A model generated the notes under the pieces. That model was not told where the DNA came from, did no database searches, and saw nothing but the letters and a program-made list of their open reading frames with translations. The position numbers were made by a program, and so were the translations under genes. From Myxococcota bacterium (GTDB taxonomy: Bacteria; Myxococcota; Kuafuiibacteriia; Kuafuiibacteriales; Kuafuiibacteriaceae), in NCBI GenBank assembly GCA_039024635.1, contig JBCCQA010000003.1, forward strand, positions 62,241 through 126,240: a DNA stretch of 64,000 bases. The letters are read 5' to 3'. Shown here one piece after another: positions 42,501 to 51,722 of the stretch. Numbering within the stretch: position 1 is the stretch's first letter; each line of letters starts with the position of its first letter.

Positions 42501-43867
42501 ACCGTCGGATCCGGGTCCTCCAGTTGGGCTTCGAAGGCGGGGATGCTCTCACCGTCGAGCAGCTCGGGCGGTGGGGGGGGCTGAGCCCCCTGCCGTACAC
42601 GGCGGGCGTCTTTCTCCCGGCCCAACTCCAGATACAAACCGCTTAGACGCTCTCGGGCCGCGGGATCGTCGAGTTGAAGCTCCAAGAGCTTCACTTGACC
42701 CTCACGATCCTCGAGCCGCTCCAACAGCGGTTCGAGTCGGCGTCTGGCCTCCACGTGGGTGGGCTCGTCCTCGAGGATGTCTTCATAGACTCTGACCGCG
42801 TCATTCGGCCTTCCCAAAGACTGCCCGTAGATCTGACCCAGACGCAGCCGGAGGAAGGTGCGGAGCAGTCGATGTTGGGTTTGGTCCGCCACCCGTTCAA
42901 AGACCTCCGCCACTCGACCGAGATCCTGAGCGACCAAGCCCACTCGAAGCACTTCGTTCTGGAGCTCCCGGTCTTCGGGCGCCAGCTCCAGGGCCCGAGT
43001 CAGCGCCCGAAGGCCCCTCTCCTGTTCACCTCGATCGAAGTACAAAGCCCCAAGCTCCCTCTCGAGTCGAATCCTATGGGGTCCACTGCGACGGTCCCGG
43101 CACAGCTGGGCCAGTTCGTCCTCCAGGGCCTGAAAGCGTGACCGGTGGATCGCAGTGTCCTCGATGCTCCGGATCCCCTCGGTGGGCTCGCCGAGCTCGT
43201 AGAGCGCGGACTGAAGGTGGGCCATCGCTCGCTCTCGATCGTCGAGAGGCCCGAGATGGAGTTGAGCCAGTCGATGGCTGAGGGCAGCCCGCACTTCGGG
43301 GTCGTCTTGCCAAACCAGGAGCTCTGCCATGACGAGCTCCAGGTCGCGAAGTCGACCGGCAGCCGTCGCCCAGTGCTCCAGGCGAGGCAGGATACGCAAG
43401 CCAGGCTGCAATCGGGATGCCTTGACCAGAGCATCCACGGCCGCGCTGGGGTCGTCGGCGCCATCCCCTTCGACCTCGGCCAGGTAGGCCCAAAGGGTAG
43501 CCTGCTCGCCGCGCTCAGAACTGCGCTTCAGCTGCGTTTGGTACAGACGCCGAAGTCCGTTCAGGTCGTGGAGCTCGTGCAGGACGTTGGCCAGGCCCAA
43601 GAAAGCCTCCCGGACATCAGGCCCGCGCTCGTGGGCGAAGCGATAGGCTTCGGCCGCCCCCTCGAGATCTCGGGCATCTTCTCGGAGTACCGCCGCCGCA
43701 TCGAGAGCTGCTCTCAGAGCTTCGTCGCCGCTCAGGGCCTGGGCTCGAGCAAAGCCGAGCTCGCCCAAGAGCTGATGGGCTGAGGCCTCCAGCGCCGCAG
43801 ACCGGAAGCGTGCGAAGGTCTCCTCCGATTCGGGGTGAGCCTCGACTTCGCGGATGAGCTCGTCCAG
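39446..43867 (-). CDS. Giant TPR-repeat protein (myxobacterial, AgmK-like architecture)
   Basis: More than 1440 aa of TPR-type helical repeats; start uncertain (CTG 43867 or TTG 43768). Confidence 0.85.
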   Translation of the reverse strand: MDELIREVEAHPESEETFARFRSAALEASAHQLLGELGFARAQALSGDEALRAALDAAAVLREDARDLEGAAEAYRFAHERGPDVREAFLGLANVLHELHDLNGLRRLYQTQLKRSSERGEQATLWAYLAEVEGDGADDPSAAVDALVKASRLQPGLRILPRLEHWATAAGRLRDLELVMAELLVWQDDPEVRAALSHRLAQLHLGPLDDRERAMAHLQSALYELGEPTEGIRSIEDTAIHRSRFQALEDELAQLCRDRRSGPHRIRLERELGALYFDRGEQERGLRALTRALELAPEDRELQNEVLRVGLVAQDLGRVAEVFERVADQTQHRLLRTFLRLRLGQIYGQSLGRPNDAVRVYEDILEDEPTHVEARRRLEPLLERLEDREGQVKLLELQLDDPAARERLSGLYLELGREKDARRVRQGAQPPPPPELLDGESIPAFEAQLEDPDPTVRLRAHRALVQALIDQEGKLGRAEAVAERGLQLFDGDEVLLRLLEESFRRRRQWDSVAAVLRRRLDAAEGAEARLAIHKAQAELLERQLGAEELALDVLRQAEREGPFDIDVSLAQERLLSARMRWSELERVLNLRLEAAADPRQRAGGRVALARIELERRFDPAKAWVLLENALVEAPDEVDALALAADAARRLGKTAEAVDVLERLGRQLEGPAAAEVFVQAGRWVVDLLGDPQRAETLFEDALLAHPNAAAACRALFELAGARRDWSAALPWAVRTSELLHPEGVEVLAEAARIADLELGDRPKALELMRALLEADSERPDVWARCGVLVRDQDPVHAAHCFETAAQKSPEPEQAARWFEDAGMILVASGDPSSALQAFRQALGRDVTRKDALLEAARMLETLQDWDEVYELGATFLLHHEAHATRAELAATFRRMARAKAATGDWVGAARFGRREIEIEASDDALERLTVACIHSGEPSEAAQLCRRSSSRRTGVEAVELLSKAGLLFGERAGDPQRAAVVLEEAQRLAPERGDLAYRVAVYRHQTHEVWAAARAYELLAEHSTGAARAGALRLAAGWLWEHNRGQARRLLERAAATVPTPDVSRDLGTLLEYDGDIDEVARPWLNLAEACRARGHLGMARQAFGKAAELAAFRSNDHDTFARAFAGLELMDPHPRWWVLRAHWADVLAEDDPAELEHAITAWLGVTERVPGHRRAVERLQALFERAGAELPARLLGSLLHPEQIEPRPDFDAPGPHPLPPLPSGPAEWLDGLGRALLSSQRDALRQEMPKRRDRIGDASVPIASLRMLQRAFSRLGRNVPEMYLLESGGRPMEPVYVEGTIGLGVDPEALGAVQDEDLLVGAALAATQVEPGSAALELLDARAVAEALGYIDQPRRRKALERGLDDGERERLDQLRDLGGISIGALRDGYRFRGLHAALVVTGSWHEALEGFRRWSGRTPGCEARRSLATFATRSSLLRWLAEARPSDQMQRPSSQTRPNAAQLSQSTIEPSQ

Positions 43868-43907
43868 GCCTGCAAGCTAACTCAGCCCAGACTTAGAGAC
43901 GACCCGC

Positions 43908-46109
43908 TCAACGTTTCGAGAGCGTGACGTCCCACGTGCTCGGTAGCTCGGCCGCCGAACCAAACCGGCGCTGGTAGGGAAGGAACCCAGGGGCCTCGAC
44001 CCGAACCTCGACTTCACCCTCGGGCAAGGCTTCGAGGGCGATCCGGGTCCCCGTGCCAACGACCTTGCCTCCTATCGAGACGGTGGCTTCGGGCTGAACG
44101 TGGAGGACGGGAACCGGTCGGAGATCGACCGACATCCGGTACACCCGACCGCGGCGAACAGTCCCTACCAAGGCTCGGGCTTCGGGGCGGTGGTCTCGCA
44201 AACGAAACTCGACCCTTGGCCCCTGGCCGGGACGTACTCGGACCGTAGTGGGCGTCCGACCCCGATTCTGCCCGTCGACCGAAACGACGGCACCCGGCGG
44301 TCGGCTGACCAGTTCCACCCTGGGCCAGAGCAACGGGCTGGTCAGACCAAAGACCACACCGAGCCCTACGAGAAGGCTGATGGCACCGACCAAGAGCCAG
44401 GCTCGGCGTCCGAGAAGCGGCCGTCTCGCCAGGACCGAAGCCGGCGGCTCAGGCACCGAAGGAAGGGGGGGCGGTGCGGGCACAGGCGCCGGCTCGGAGC
44501 CGGGGCGAGGCGCCCGGCCTCGGCTCTTCTCTCGAATGGGCCGGCTGGGCAGTCTCTGGAAGGGCCCAGGTCTGGACGAGCCTCTGGGTTCAGGCGCCGG
44601 CGGATGCTCCTCTTCGAAGTAGGGTGCGGGAGCTCTAGGCGTAACGAGGACTGGGCCGACAGGACCCGAGGGCTCCAGAGTCGGCGCCGAGCGCGCAGGC
44701 TCGACCTCGGACTGGGTGGGCGCAGGTATGTGGATGGAGGCATCGGAGGGCTGAGTGTCTCTGTCCTCCGGCATTCGAAGCCCGGCAAAGGTTCGATCGT
44801 CTAGACCCTCGTTGGATTCCTCTTCGGGAGCAAGACTTCCCAGCCAGGTTTGGTCGTCCTCGAGAAACGGCCCGTCGGCCAAGGTCCGGTCGTCGAGCTC
44901 GGCCTCCGCCCTTCCCGAATCGTCCGGAAGCATCGGCTCGTGGTCGAGGGAGGTCTGCGCCGGTCGCTGCCTCGGCCCAGCATCTGTCGGTCGGTCCATG
45001 ACCGCAGGCGGGAAGTCCTCGGGCTCGAGCACCAGATCATCCGAGCCCGCGAGGGGGTCGACCCTACGGGGCGCTTCCGTGGGCTGGGTCCCACTTCCGT
45101 AGGACGGATCGAGCTGGGAGCTAGCCCTCGACCAAGCCGCTTCCATCCGCGCTTTGGAGACCGGTGCCTCGAAGGTAGCCGGCAGTAAGGTGCGCAGCGC
45201 CCCCTCCAGGTCCGAAGCTCGGCCCAGACGCAGCGACTTCGGCGCCATTTCCACTGCGTTTCGGAGCGCAGACTCCCAAGCGCTGGCGTCGGGCCATCGC
45301 TTGCCCGGGTCAGGCTCGAGAGCTCGCATGATGACGGAGTCGAGGACGGCCGGAAGCTCGGGCGCGAGCACACTCGGGGCTTCGACCTCTCGCCGCTCGT
45401 ACATCTCCATCGCCTCGAAAGCCGTCTTGCCCGCCGCCGGGTGTCGACTGGTCAGAAGAAGGTAAAGGCTGACGCCCGCACAGAAGACATCGGCTCGGCG
45501 GTCCATGTGCTGAGTGCGAACGGCTTCGGGCGGCAAATAGCCGAACTTGCCCTTCACCACCCCCGCCTGGGTTTGGTGGATTCGGTTTCGAGCCCGAGCG
45601 ATGCCGAAGTCGGTGAGCTTCACCTCCCCACCCGCAGAAAGCAGCATGTTGGCGGGGGTCACGTCCCGGTGAACGATGTTTAGCGGACGGCCTTCATGGT
45701 CCTTTCGGTCGTGGGCGTAGCGAAGGGCACGGGCGACCTCCAGAGTGACGAAGATGGCGACCGAGGGGTCAGGCCTGGTCCCTCGATCATGGGCCGCGTC
45801 GACCAGGGCCTGGGCGGTGCTGCTCTGCACGAACTCCATGACGAGGTAGTGAGCCCCGCGATCCTCGTCGAAATCCAAGACCGAGACGATGTTCTGGTGG
45901 TCGAGGTACATCGAGATCTTGGCCTCGTCGGCCAGCATCTCGATGAACTTGGGGTCAGCCTGGAATTCGTCCCTGAGGAGCTTGAGCGCCACCAGCGGCC
46001 CCAGACCCAAGGGCCCAGCCTTACTGGCCAGATAGACGTCACCCATGCCGCCCGAGGCGAGGCGATTCAGGAGCACGTAGCGGCCGAGCACGTCACCAGG
46101 CTGGCGCAC
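43908..46109 (-). CDS. Hanks-type Ser/Thr protein kinase with TM and PEGA domains
   Basis: LASGGMGDVY, VALK, HRDVTPAN, DFGIA and GKFGYLPPE motifs; acidic/Pro linker; TM; SRPPGAVVSVDG...TP (PEGA). Confidence 0.94.
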   Translation of the reverse strand: MRQPGDVLGRYVLLNRLASGGMGDVYLASKAGPLGLGPLVALKLLRDEFQADPKFIEMLADEAKISMYLDHQNIVSVLDFDEDRGAHYLVMEFVQSSTAQALVDAAHDRGTRPDPSVAIFVTLEVARALRYAHDRKDHEGRPLNIVHRDVTPANMLLSAGGEVKLTDFGIARARNRIHQTQAGVVKGKFGYLPPEAVRTQHMDRRADVFCAGVSLYLLLTSRHPAAGKTAFEAMEMYERREVEAPSVLAPELPAVLDSVIMRALEPDPGKRWPDASAWESALRNAVEMAPKSLRLGRASDLEGALRTLLPATFEAPVSKARMEAAWSRASSQLDPSYGSGTQPTEAPRRVDPLAGSDDLVLEPEDFPPAVMDRPTDAGPRQRPAQTSLDHEPMLPDDSGRAEAELDDRTLADGPFLEDDQTWLGSLAPEEESNEGLDDRTFAGLRMPEDRDTQPSDASIHIPAPTQSEVEPARSAPTLEPSGPVGPVLVTPRAPAPYFEEEHPPAPEPRGSSRPGPFQRLPSRPIREKSRGRAPRPGSEPAPVPAPPPLPSVPEPPASVLARRPLLGRRAWLLVGAISLLVGLGVVFGLTSPLLWPRVELVSRPPGAVVSVDGQNRGRTPTTVRVRPGQGPRVEFRLRDHRPEARALVGTVRRGRVYRMSVDLRPVPVLHVQPEATVSIGGKVVGTGTRIALEALPEGEVEVRVEAPGFLPYQRRFGSAAELPSTWDVTLSKR

Positions 46110-46195
46110 CCGGGGAGTATGGCATCCTTGCCGGCCTGGAAGCGAAATCTCGTCCTCGGTCCCGTCTGGGCCAGCGCCGATGCTAGGATGGAAGG

Positions 46196-48052
46196 GTGCT
46201 GGCCCTTTGGCTCGCCCTGCTGGCCGGCGCCGAGCCGAGCCTGGTTTCGGTGCGCACCACTCGAGGCGCCATCGACGGCCCTCACTTGGGGGCCTTGGCC
46301 GAGCCACGGTGGGACCGCCTCCAGCTTCGGGTCGAAATAGAAAACCGACTCCCCGTGGCCGTGACCGACCTGGAGCTTGGGATCGAGCTTCTTCGCGACG
46401 AGACGCCCATCCCCGGTTGGGCCTTTTCCATCGAGCTCGCCGAGCCCTTCTTGCCCGACAGCCTTCGGGAGGTCGAGATCGACGAGTCCTTGCTCGACCG
46501 TCGCGGCGCCGTGAGAGCAGACGAGCTCCGGTACCGGGTCGAGCTTCGGCGCTACCGCATGACCCCTCCCCGACTGGACGTTGCCCTGGAGGCGCTGGGG
46601 TCCTCTTTCGACGCCGACCAGCGAGCGGCGTTGGTCAGCTTCGATGCTGGACTCCTCGGCGCGCGAGAGCGACTAACGGCGATCGAGGACGTAGAGCGGG
46701 TCCTGGTCTCTCCGCCCGCCTCGCCCAGTGCCAAGGATGCACTGGCGCTCCTGACCGCCCTTCGGGCGCTGGGCCGCCTGCAGGCCGCCGGACACGTCGA
46801 TGGGCTGCTCACCCTAGAGGACCAGCTCGATCCCGATGCCTGGGGTCGAGCGGTGATGCGCCTGGCAGAGCGCATGCTCGACGTGTCCCCCCGAGACGGG
46901 GCTCGACTCGAAGTCCTTCCTCGTTGGGCGCGAGAGCGATCCGGCCTCCTCCGAGTCCGAGCCAGCGACGCAGTGAGAGAGGCGATTCGAGACGCGGTCT
47001 TGACCATGGGCGATGCCGCCATCCCGCCTCTGGTGCGGGCCCTCCATGGGCCTGGTCGTTCGGCCTCGGTCCGAGAGCGAGCTTGGCAGCTCCTGGTGAG
47101 CCTGGGTCGTCCGACCGTCAGCTCCCAACTTCGGGTCTCTCGCCTCCAAACGAGACTGGAGGTCATAGAGGCCTTCGGCGAGCTCGGCCTGGCCGACGCA
47201 GCCCCGAGGCTGGTCGAGCTCGTCAGAGTCTCCGGCGGTCGGGTGGGACGGGCGGCCCGGCGGGCCCTGGGTGCCCTGGGCCCCGCTGGTCTATCCGCCC
47301 TCGAAGACGGTCTGGGCCTGGACGACGACCGCATCCGAGACGCCTTGCGGGAGCTGGGTCCGGCCGGGCGCGAAGCAGAGATCCGCCGTCGAAGCGAGGC
47401 GGCCCGCGAAGAGCAGCGTCGCGCCATCGAAGCGCGGATCGAAAGGGCCCTTGGAGATCCGGACCGGGACCGCGCCCTTCGGGAGCTGCAGTCTCTGGTC
47501 GACGCCGACCAGCTCTTGGGACACCGCCGCCCCGTCGCCGAACGCTACCGGGATGAAGTCTCGGCCCAGCTGCAAGCGGGAAACTTCGACGAAGCTCTGC
47601 GACTAAGCCGGGTCGGGCGCGACGTCGAGGCGCTGCCCGCCTTCGAGCTTCTGGGCGCCGAGGCGAGGCTGGCCCTCGCCGACGGCTTGGGCGACCTCGG
47701 TCAGTGGGAGCGCGTTCAGGACTTCTTGCAATCCGACTTTCCCCAAGCCCTCGAAGCTCGGGTGCGTCGGCTCCGGGAGCGCCGCTGGGAGGCCCTTGCG
47801 ACCGAGGCGGCTAGCCTGGGCAACCGAGCCCGAGCCCGACTCTTAGTGGAGGAGGCGAAGTCGGCAGGGGTCACGAGTCCCGTCCTGGACCGACTGGATC
47901 GAAGACTCTTGCTCAACGAGAACCTCCCTTTTCTCGTAGGGGGCGTCCTGTCGGGCTTCGCCATACTCCTGGCCTTGAGCCTCTGGGTTCTCCGCCGGAT
48001 GGAGAGTGTCCGGATGGAGCGACTCCAGGCCGCCCTCGACCAGCCTGACTAG
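46196..48052 (+). CDS. HEAT-repeat membrane-anchored protein
   Basis: Signal peptide; HEAT-like repeats (VREAIRDAVLTMGDAAIPPLVRAL); C-terminal TM. Confidence 0.75.
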   Translation: MLALWLALLAGAEPSLVSVRTTRGAIDGPHLGALAEPRWDRLQLRVEIENRLPVAVTDLELGIELLRDETPIPGWAFSIELAEPFLPDSLREVEIDESLLDRRGAVRADELRYRVELRRYRMTPPRLDVALEALGSSFDADQRAALVSFDAGLLGARERLTAIEDVERVLVSPPASPSAKDALALLTALRALGRLQAAGHVDGLLTLEDQLDPDAWGRAVMRLAERMLDVSPRDGARLEVLPRWARERSGLLRVRASDAVREAIRDAVLTMGDAAIPPLVRALHGPGRSASVRERAWQLLVSLGRPTVSSQLRVSRLQTRLEVIEAFGELGLADAAPRLVELVRVSGGRVGRAARRALGALGPAGLSALEDGLGLDDDRIRDALRELGPAGREAEIRRRSEAAREEQRRAIEARIERALGDPDRDRALRELQSLVDADQLLGHRRPVAERYRDEVSAQLQAGNFDEALRLSRVGRDVEALPAFELLGAEARLALADGLGDLGQWERVQDFLQSDFPQALEARVRRLRERRWEALATEAASLGNRARARLLVEEAKSAGVTSPVLDRLDRRLLLNENLPFLVGGVLSGFAILLALSLWVLRRMESVRMERLQAALDQPD

Positions 48053-48522
48053 TCCGGTCGCTGGTAGGTGCCGGAGCGGCCTCCCGACTTGTGGACCAGC
48101 ACCACCTCTCGGAGAGAGATGTCGCGCCGTACGCCCTTGCACATGTCGTACACGGTCAGCGCAGCCACCGAGGCCCCTGTCATCGCCTCCATCTCGACCC
48201 CGGTGGGCCCGACCGTCTCGACCCGACAGCGGATCTTGAGCGAATCGTCCCCCGATGTATCGAGCTCGATGCGTGCGTGGGTCAGGGGCAGGGGATGGGC
48301 CAAGGGAATCAGCTCGGCGCAGCGCTTGGTGGCCGCGATGCCCGCGATGCGGGCCAGAGCCAGTGCGTCGCCCTTGGCGAGGGCGCCTCCCCGCAGCGCC
48401 TCCATCAGCCTTGATCCGACCCATAGGACGGCTTCTGCTTCGGCGGTCCGCTTGGTAGAGGGCTTGTCCGAGACGTCGACCATGCGGACCGCCCCATTTT
48501 CGTCCAGGTGGTTGAATCCCAT
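48049..48522 (-). CDS. moaC: Cyclic pyranopterin monophosphate synthase
   Basis: HLDENGAVRMVDVSDK, KGDALALARIAGI, LIPLAHP, TGVEMEAMT, YDMCK and KSGGRSG motifs. Confidence 0.96.
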   Translation of the reverse strand: MGFNHLDENGAVRMVDVSDKPSTKRTAEAEAVLWVGSRLMEALRGGALAKGDALALARIAGIAATKRCAELIPLAHPLPLTHARIELDTSGDDSLKIRCRVETVGPTGVEMEAMTGASVAALTVYDMCKGVRRDISLREVVLVHKSGGRSGTYQRPD

Positions 48523-48657
48523 GTCTGCAGTCTGGTCCGGGTCCCACCGGCTGTCAGCCTTCCTAGTGTGCGAGCACAAAGTTCTGATCACTTGTCGTCG
48601 GACCTGAAACGGATCGAACTCCATGACCGGCCCACTAGCCAGTGCTACGATGCCGGG

Positions 48658-49512
48658 GTGAAGCAGTGGCTTCCGTGGGTCCTCTGCCTATGGCCGAGCC
48701 TCGCCCAAGGCCAAAACTTCGAATGCTCCCCGGCCACGGGCTCGTCCTTCACCCAAGTCTGGACCGACAGCAATCGCTGCATCCCCGTGGCCGTCGGGCG
48801 CCAGGGGGCCTTGGTTCGAGAGCGAGCGTCGATCGTGGAGTCCGCCTTTCGCCGGTGGTCTCGCTCGCCATGCTCGGACGTGGAGTTCGAGTTTCGGGGC
48901 GAGACCAGCGCACCCATCGGCTTCGACCCCCGTCTTCGCGATAACGAGAACGTCGTCCTCTCCACCAACGACGCCGATATGTTGGCGATGTTCGGGGACC
49001 GACGTCTCCTGGCCGTGACCCTCACATCCTTCTCCACCGCCACGGGAGAGATCTTCGACGCAGACATCATCGTCAACGATGCGCTGTTCGACTTCGAACA
49101 GGTCGGCGACCCCAACAGCTGCGCCGCCAGCGGAGAGGAGGTCTTCGACCTCGAGAACACGCTGGCCCACGAGGTCGGCCACCTCCTTGGCTTCGCCCAC
49201 AACGAGGACGAGAGTTCGACCTTGTTCGGAAGCTCTCCCGCCTGCGAAGTCCAGAAGCGCAGCTTAGCGCCCATCGACGTCGACGGTCTGTGCGCGGTCT
49301 ATCCAGCCGAGGGAAGCAGCCAAGCTTGCCGAGCTCCTGATAGCTACGAGGTCGGTGATACCGGACCCTTTCGGAATCAGTGTCGAGGGGGCTGCCAGTG
49401 CCGAGATTCCGGACGGCGCGAGGAGAACAGCCTGTGGCTCTTGTTGGGTCTGGCTCTCTTGATGGCGGCCCGGCACACACCATGGTGCAGAGCAGGCCTC
49501 AGCGGAAGATGA
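48658..49512 (+). CDS. Matrixin-like zinc metalloprotease with MYXO-CTERM-like C-terminal sorting signal
   Basis: DADIIVN and HEVGHLLGFAH (HExxHxxGxxH) motifs; C-terminal GGCQC...LWLLLGLALLMAARH. Confidence 0.87.
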   Translation: MKQWLPWVLCLWPSLAQGQNFECSPATGSSFTQVWTDSNRCIPVAVGRQGALVRERASIVESAFRRWSRSPCSDVEFEFRGETSAPIGFDPRLRDNENVVLSTNDADMLAMFGDRRLLAVTLTSFSTATGEIFDADIIVNDALFDFEQVGDPNSCAASGEEVFDLENTLAHEVGHLLGFAHNEDESSTLFGSSPACEVQKRSLAPIDVDGLCAVYPAEGSSQACRAPDSYEVGDTGPFRNQCRGGCQCRDSGRREENSLWLLLGLALLMAARHTPWCRAGLSGR

Positions 49513-50065
49513 ACTTCAGGACCTCTTCCGAGATCATGTACTCGTCGCCGTCGGTGATCCGCTCCTTCTGGATGCGGATGCCGTCTTTCCACACGCCATT
49601 CGCCGAGCCGAGATCCTCGATGTAGTACTCACCGTTCTCCCGAGACACGCCGCCGTGCTGTCGGGACACCTTCGAGCTCGGGATGACGAGATCGCAGGTG
49701 CGACTCCGGCCGATGATGAAGGTGTCCTTGTCGACCTTCTGCATGTCGCCCCCGGAGTTGACGATGAACAGGGACTTGGGTTTGGGCTCAGGCCTTGGTG
49801 CGGGTCGCGGCGCAGGGGAGGCCCGACGGTCGATGGGACCAGTCGCCCCCCGGTCGGGCGCCGTACTGCCGTTGGCTCGGGGACGCGCCTCAGGGGGATC
49901 GGCCCGAGTGGTGGTCGGAGCCAGGAAATTCAGCCGCCGAGCGTACTCGTAGATTGCCTGGTTGACGATCGCATCCCGGTCCAGGCCAGAGTCTTCGGCG
50001 ATCCGGGACATGCAGTCCCAGAGATGGTCCGCAACTTCGAGTTCACGGAGCGTACGGCGAACCAT
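49499..50065 (-). CDS. FHA-domain protein with N-terminal ribbon-helix-helix-like segment
   Basis: IIGRSRTCD, VSRQH and IEDLGSANG FHA motifs; N-terminal LEVADHLWDCMSRIAEDSGLDRDAIVNQAI. Confidence 0.88.
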   Translation of the reverse strand: MVRRTLRELEVADHLWDCMSRIAEDSGLDRDAIVNQAIYEYARRLNFLAPTTTRADPPEARPRANGSTAPDRGATGPIDRRASPAPRPAPRPEPKPKSLFIVNSGGDMQKVDKDTFIIGRSRTCDLVIPSSKVSRQHGGVSRENGEYYIEDLGSANGVWKDGIRIQKERITDGDEYMISEEVLKFIFR

Positions 50066-50086
50066 AGCGCTTCGAAGATTGGTCCA

Positions 50087-50554
50087 ATGCGATCTGCTGT
50101 CAACGCGAGCATCCTGCTGCTGACCGCCTGTGTCCCAGCTGACCTCCGAGATCAGCACGCCTCCCGGGTAGAGAGCTACATCCCGAGCGCCTTCAGCCCC
50201 GCCGACGCCCAGTACACAGACCCCAACCGGGGGCTGGGGCCCCCGGACGGCCGAACGGTGGCACTGGACCGGAGCGCGCTGCTGGTTCTCCGCTTCTTTC
50301 GGCCCATTCCGAATGGCCCCGGCCCGGACCTCCGCGTCCATGAGCTGGGTGAGGACGGGGCTCAGGCAAAGATTGGGGTCAGCGAGGAGGGGACCGTATT
50401 CATGGAGTTCGAGGGCTTTGCGGAAGGTCTGACCAGCGACTTCGACCTGGAGGCGCTCGGGCTGTCCCAGGCCGCTTTCGTGCGGGTGCGCGGACTGGAC
50501 CAAGCCGGGGTGGAGCCGGGCTTCGACCTGGATGCGCTGGAGGCCTTGCATTGA
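50087..50554 (+). CDS. Small cell-surface lipoprotein
   Basis: Lipobox LTAC; LGPPDG, NGPGPDLRVHE and GFDLDALEALH motifs. Confidence 0.75.
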   Translation: MRSAVNASILLLTACVPADLRDQHASRVESYIPSAFSPADAQYTDPNRGLGPPDGRTVALDRSALLVLRFFRPIPNGPGPDLRVHELGEDGAQAKIGVSEEGTVFMEFEGFAEGLTSDFDLEALGLSQAAFVRVRGLDQAGVEPGFDLDALEALH

Positions 50555-51717
50555 GGGTACCGGCTAGCCCCGAGGACTTCGGGGTCTACGTCCATTTTCC
50601 GTTTTGTGCGTCGAAGTGCCCGTACTGCGACTTCAATAGCCACGTCGCCGACCACGACGACGAGGCCTACGCCGACGTCATCCTCCAGGAGCTGGAGCGT
50701 CGGCGGGCGGACTGCCCCGATCGACCGGCACGCACCGTGTTCTTCGGGGGGGGGACGCCGAGCCGTTGGGCGCCGAGGTCGGTGGGGCGGGTTTTGGCCG
50801 GGATCGAGGCGTGCTTCGGCCTCGACCCCGAAGTCGAGATAACGCTGGAAGCCAACCCAGGCTCGGTGGAGCAAGCTCGACTGGCGGACTTTGCTGCCTC
50901 CGGCATCAACAGGTTCTCCATTGGCTGCCAAAGCTTCGACGATCACGAGCTCGCATGGCTGGGCCGTCAGCATTCGGGCGACGCCGCCCACCGGGCGGTC
51001 GAAAGCGCGCTGGCGACGGGTGCGCGCGTGAGCCTCGACATCATGTACGGGCTGCCCGGCCAGTCCGAGGCGGCGGCTCTGCGAACGGCAGAGCTCGGCG
51101 CGGGTTTGGGGGTCGAACACGTGGCGGCCTACGCCCTGGTCGTGGAGCCCCAGACCGTGCTCGCTCACAGGGTGGCCCTGAAGGTCGTCCAGCCGATGGC
51201 CGACGACGATCAAGCCGAGCTCTACCAGCTAGTGACGGCACGCCTAGAGGCCAGGGGCCTGGCCCGATACGAAGTGTCCAACTACGCCCAGCCCGGAAAG
51301 GAATCCCTTCACAACGCCCTGTATTGGTTGGGTGCGCGCTACTTGGGACTGGGCGCCGGCGCCCATGGGTACCTGAATGGCTACCGCTACGAAAACCTAA
51401 GGAGTCCCACTGGCTATGGTCGTGCCGTCCTACAGGGCGATTCCATGGAGCGAGACCGACGACCCCTCGACGCATTGGAGGCCCTGAGAGACCGATGCAC
51501 GGTCGCCCTTCGTAGCCGCTGGGGCATCGAGAAGGAGGCCTTTCGCAACCCCTGTCTTCCACATGGGGCGGAGGGTCGGGTGCGCGAGGCGCTCTCGCCC
51601 ATCAAAGCCGCAGGCTGGATTGCGGAGTCGAAGCACCGTTGGTATCCAACGGAACAAGGCTATGCTTTCAGTGATGCCTGTGCCGTTGCGCTGTTGGGGG
51701 CCTTGGACAGAGGCTGA
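50551..51717 (+). CDS. hemW: Radical SAM family heme chaperone (HemN-like)
   Basis: YVHFPFCASKCPYCDFNS, FFGGGTPS, TLEANP, YEVSNYA and HNALYW motifs. Confidence 0.93.
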   Translation: MRVPASPEDFGVYVHFPFCASKCPYCDFNSHVADHDDEAYADVILQELERRRADCPDRPARTVFFGGGTPSRWAPRSVGRVLAGIEACFGLDPEVEITLEANPGSVEQARLADFAASGINRFSIGCQSFDDHELAWLGRQHSGDAAHRAVESALATGARVSLDIMYGLPGQSEAAALRTAELGAGLGVEHVAAYALVVEPQTVLAHRVALKVVQPMADDDQAELYQLVTARLEARGLARYEVSNYAQPGKESLHNALYWLGARYLGLGAGAHGYLNGYRYENLRSPTGYGRAVLQGDSMERDRRPLDALEALRDRCTVALRSRWGIEKEAFRNPCLPHGAEGRVREALSPIKAAGWIAESKHRWYPTEQGYAFSDACAVALLGALDRG

Positions 51718-51722
51718 GCGAC

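Noticed and set aside
48523-48657. Moco riboswitch upstream of moaC
   Set aside because: No recognisable Moco RNA motif elements on the minus strand
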